Source of the DNA: Orbicella franksi
Taxonomy: Eukaryota
Direction of reading: 5' to 3'
Assembly (NCBI GenBank): GCA_964199315.1
Contig: OZ116711.1
Coordinates: 20,460,001-20,524,000, forward strand
Length of the DNA: 64,000 nucleotides
Within the stretch, counting starts at the first letter, position 1; each line of letters opens with the position of its first letter. Shown piece by piece: positions 59,834-64,000 of this stretch. The notes beneath the pieces were generated by a model. That model made no database searches. It saw only the letters and a list, made by a program, of their open reading frames with translations, and had not been told where the DNA came from. A program made the position numbers and the translations under genes.

Positions 59834-62800
59834 ATGAGCCACAGGGAATTGATAAAGCAATTTTTTACGTTGCAAGAAGAAAGGGTGAAGGCTTACAAAA
59901 CATTTGACAGGTGAGTCTGTAGGATCTACTCAGTGCCGTTTTAGAATCCAGTGCTACATGTCCGAAGTGCATTAAATTTCCTCAGGACGGTTCTTTTGAG
60001 AGGCACTCAACGAGCTCTTTTCAGGATCCATCTAGGATTATAATCCGCAAGAAGTAGACAACAGATGAGCCCTGTTTGAACTATTTAGTTTCTTTTGGGG
60101 GTAAGTTTTAGCTGTTCTGCACTTACCGTAAATCATCGAATTAGCACCCGGGGCGCTTTATATTTTAAATTTAGGAGAAGACGGGGGTGGGGGGCGCTTA
60201 TTTAATTTTCCCGTGGCCTGACATGATCATTTTTAAAATACATCATCTGCGCACTAACAACAACATGAGCCATTTATCGACATAAATAGCTGATCCTTAA
60301 GTTTAAATCACAGCACTGTTAGTACTTGTAATCTTTTCCCCAAACTTAACGTGTTCACAAATTGAAACTATACATCCTTTGTTGTCTCATTGCTTGTCCA
60401 AAAAATGGGGGAAGTGGAGGGGGTGCTTATTCGAGGGGGGGTTCTTATTTTAAATTGTGGCCGATAGGAGGGGCGCTTATTCGAAGGGGACACTTATTTG
60501 AGGAGGGGCTCTAATTCGATGATTTACGGGAGCTCTCAGGAAGAATGTATCCAAAAGTTGATTTTCCATCGGGGTCTTTTAAAACGTAATGTCCCAGCTA
60601 ACAACAAGAAGTGATTTAAGGACCTCCTGCAATGAGATAGGGGTTAGATCATAGCAGAAAAAAGGTGAGGGGAAACTTCTGTCAATGATCATACCAGTAT
60701 GAACTAGTTGTATCCCTGGGGGGGGGGGGGGTGGTACTCCCTTAACTGGGCTATATAGGTATGTGCCGCCCCAAAGGGTATGGTTTTTCAGCTCTTTTGG
60801 TCATAAATAGGGTATCAATTTTGGCCATTTTGGTCTTAAATACTCAAGTCTTAAATTGGGCATGTTATTTAGGAAAAGCTATTTTTCAATCATTATTGAT
60901 AAGACCATCAACAAAAGCCCTTCAAAACTTATGCTTAGGGCAACTGTGTCAGCTGCAATGGTCATAAATAGGGTATTGAAATTTTGGTCTGGTCATAAAT
61001 AGGTAGGGAAAATCACAGATTTTGGTCATAAATAGTTTAAGGGTTTTGGGAAGCGGGCCACACACCCACACCAAATTTTTCTGGGAGTACCCCCCCCCCC
61101 CCCGGGTGGTATCCATGATAGCAAATGGGATATTGGATCATAAATCCAAAGTTCCTGAGGTCAAGGGTACATTCAAACCTGGCAGCTATGAAAAACAGAA
61201 AAATAATGCAACAAATGACCAAAAATCACCTAGGTAGTCAATACCAGCATTACAAACCTCCAGTGGTAGGCCTGCATCCATGACCTGGCTGGAGTGTACA
61301 GATATTCCAGTCAGGCTAATCCACACAGTTAGGAAATTAAATTTCTAAGTTTGTGACATTATCTTCCAGTGGCTTTAAAGAGTACCTTGAAACTGCCCCC
61401 ACATATGATTTCCCATCGTATCGACAGCTGGTACATGATGTAACAGAGACATTTAACAACATTTCTAATGAAGTCATTGCAATTGAAACCAAGTTAAGGG
61501 AGAGCAGTCAGACCAGCATTGGGGATATCATCAGAAATATTCAACTCAAAGAAAAAGAGAAATTAGAAATGGTAAGTTATCTTCAGTTGAAAGACAACTT
61601 TAGGTTCAGAATGCAAAACCTCTCAAAGCCAATTGGCTCATAGCTCTCAGTGATTATACCTGGTTTTTGTGGCATGAACTGGCCGGTTAATAGGGGTTTT
61701 ATTTACAGTATTTCACTGGCAATAATTTCAGGACTTCGAGGGGTGGCCGCTTAACAGGTTGCCACTTAATAGAGGTGCGACTGTACTAATTTATTTTTTC
61801 ATTTCTTTTCATTTCTTCCTATAAGTTGTAAGCAGCATAAATATACAAACAAGCATCAATACATTTATTATATTATTAATTAATGGAAATGTATACTTGA
61901 AAATATTTTCATTAATATTGTTGCAACGTGATAATCAGACAGCAAAGCTCCAGATAGCAAAACAAAATGCTGTTGCTGATCCCTCTGATGTCGAAAAAGT
62001 AGAAGAGGCAGCTGCCATCAAGTTAAGGTAATTAAGCTCTTGATGGTCAATGTGTCAGTTAGAGTGTTAGAGATACAAATAAAAAATAACTTGTCTAGTA
62101 CCCAGTCAGGCTGAGTAATAATGTGGTGGTAGAGACTGCATTCTGATAACTTGAAACAAAAGATATTAAAGTTTAGTATGGAAAAGGTAGGTTTAGCTTG
62201 CTCATCCATTGCAATGGTTAAGAGTTTTAAAAAAATGAGACCTAAATAAGTCATCCCCATGCCACCAATGCATTAGCCTGCGAATGCAGATGTATTTCCG
62301 GCTGTCACTTGGTTCCGCCGAAAATAACATCTGCGAACCCGAGCCAGAAAACAATTTCTGTGACGTAGAAATTCTAAGCCAATCACAGTTTAGCTCAAAT
62401 GACCCCAGAACTACTGCGCGACTCTGCGCGAGGTATTCGCTGTGAGGAGCACTCGAGTTTCATTCTATCATGGAATCTGATTGGCCAAGGAGAAACAAAA
62501 GTCATTACGTCACAAAAATCGTTTCCTGGCTCGGGTTCGCAGACGTTATTTTTCGGCAGAACCAAGTTAGAGCCAGAAATACGTCTGCGTTCGTAGGCTA
62601 CCAATGCATTGCCAACACGTCACAAGCACATCTTGTACTACATCTTGACAGCCGACTGCCCGTTGACTGTCATTTCATTGTTGGCAGATGTGTTGGCTGT
62701 GACGTTCTGGGCTGGATTTAAGAGAAAGGGGGTTCAAGATATCGAACACCAAAGGTGGTCTCCTATAGGGGGTTGGGGGCATCCTCCAACGGAAAATTGA

Positions 62801-63138
62801 TTAAAATGAGGTCCTCAGAAAATTATGGAATTTACGGCATTCTGAGGTCAAGTCAGCGTGTTATGTCTCATTTTTTTTAATTTAGGGGGCTCGACCGAAC
62901 CCCCTGAACCCCCCCCGATCTGCCCCAGACACTGGTAGGATTAGATCTTTACCTTTACTGGCATTCCTGTGTTCTAAAAAAAGAAGGCTTGAGACTTGCA
63001 AAAAAAGAATTATGGCTTTATTCTGATATCGAGAATGATCTTTTTTCTTTCAGTTTACAGAAGCTTGTGGATCACATTGTTGAACTTTTGGACGAATTGA
63101 AATATGAAGCTGAGGACATTCTTTTGGAAAGCACATAG
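59834..63138 (+). CDS. REX1BD: Required for excision 1-B domain-containing protein (C19orf60 homologue), 150 aa
   Basis: Exons: 59834-59910, 61370-61571, 61939-62027, 63054-63138 (453 nt, open). MSHRELIKQFFTLQEERVKAYKTFDSGFKEYL..APTYDFPSYRQLVHDVTETFNNISNEVI...IQLKEKEKLEMTAKLQIA...ELLDELKYE fits the REX1-B family pattern. Confidence 0.8.
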
Positions 63139-63329
63139 GAACGCGCAAGAACATCCTACGCGGAACTTTTCTATCTTAATTCCAATTCTTGTCCTAAAGA
63201 TCATGGTGAAATGAATTTGGTAAAGCACATGAAAGCAGATTTCGGATAGCTGTGGTGTTAAAATGAAAGAGGCACCTACAATACAGCGGAGAAAAGTATA
63301 AGCCAACCAGAGCTTAAAGAAAAAACTCA

Positions 63330-63721
63330 GGCCCCGTTCACATTGCGCTGGAGGAATTTGAAAACGCAGCTTTATTTATACGGTTAGGCCTACCGTCCAC
63401 ACTAATCCGTCACGAAAACGGAGCTCTTCGTAAACGCTATTCAAATCGGAGGAATTTGAAAACTTCGGCTTTCCGTTTTAGTGTGGACGGAAAACATTTT
63501 GAAAATGGAGCTTTTCGAAAACGATGACATCACGATGACATCACGATGATGACGTGATTTAGATCCCTTCCCCCGTTTTCTTCAAACACAAATCCAAAAC
63601 GAGGCCGGTTAATGTTACGTTTTCAAATTCCTCCAGCGTACTGTGGACGGAAAACATTTGATGCGTTTTAGAGTGAAAACTCCGTTTTCAAATTCCTCCG
63701 TCTTAGTGTGGAAGGGGTTTT
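63330..63721. mobile_element. PIF/Harbinger-like MITE (second copy)
   Basis: Same family as 22157-22532 (GGCCCCGTTCACA ... GTGTGGAAGGGG). Confidence 0.65.
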
Positions 63722-64000
63722 TACACCGTTATAACTTGGTTCAGTGGAATAACCGGTTCGTTACCCTTATTCCAACACGCGACTTTAGCTAAAGGTGTTT
63801 TTTTTGGTAATACGCAACTCTAAGTTCTCTACTGTAATATCTATATCATTATTTTTTGCCTAGTGCCGTTTTCAATCTAAGATATCAGATTAGAGAAAAC
63901 AATAACAAAAGCTCCACACTGAATAAGCGGAGATTTGATATATTCTAGTCGGGCTCATAGAACGCTGAGTGCGATCGAACGTAACAGAGAAACGAGAAGG

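Overview
Eukaryotic (intron-rich, AT-rich) animal DNA. The repeat families and gene content point to a cnidarian, most likely a scleractinian coral; this is an inference from pattern recognition. All exon models were spliced and translated by hand, and each spliced CDS length is consistent with an open frame. Left to right: (1) the 3' part of a TTC39A/B-type gene (+, 1-11877) with a C-terminal FFAT motif; (2) a decayed, 3'-truncated Ty3/Gypsy element (-, ~13690-17100) with a tRNA-Ser primer-binding site; (3) a rearranged zone containing an Ig pseudo-exon; (4) a 21-exon gene (+, 19043-40435) that appears to splice signal peptide + 3 H-type-lectin-like repeats + follistatin/Kazal + 3 H-type-lectin-like repeats + C-type lectin + Thr-rich stalk onto an achacin/aplysianin-like flavin amino-acid-oxidase (LAAO) domain, in which several catalytic motifs are substituted; (5) a tandem LAAO paralogue (+, 47610-54448) with intact motifs and an N-terminal type II membrane anchor, whose first exon is duplicated 3.6 kb upstream; (6) PIGW (-) and REX1BD (+), head-to-head across 152 bp. 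SINEs, MITEs, LINE/Penelope fragments (one with a minimal hammerhead ribozyme) and tandem repeats fill the introns. The most interesting signal is the lectin-oxidase chimera next to its membrane-anchored paralogue. No database searches were possible, so all family calls rest on motif recognition.
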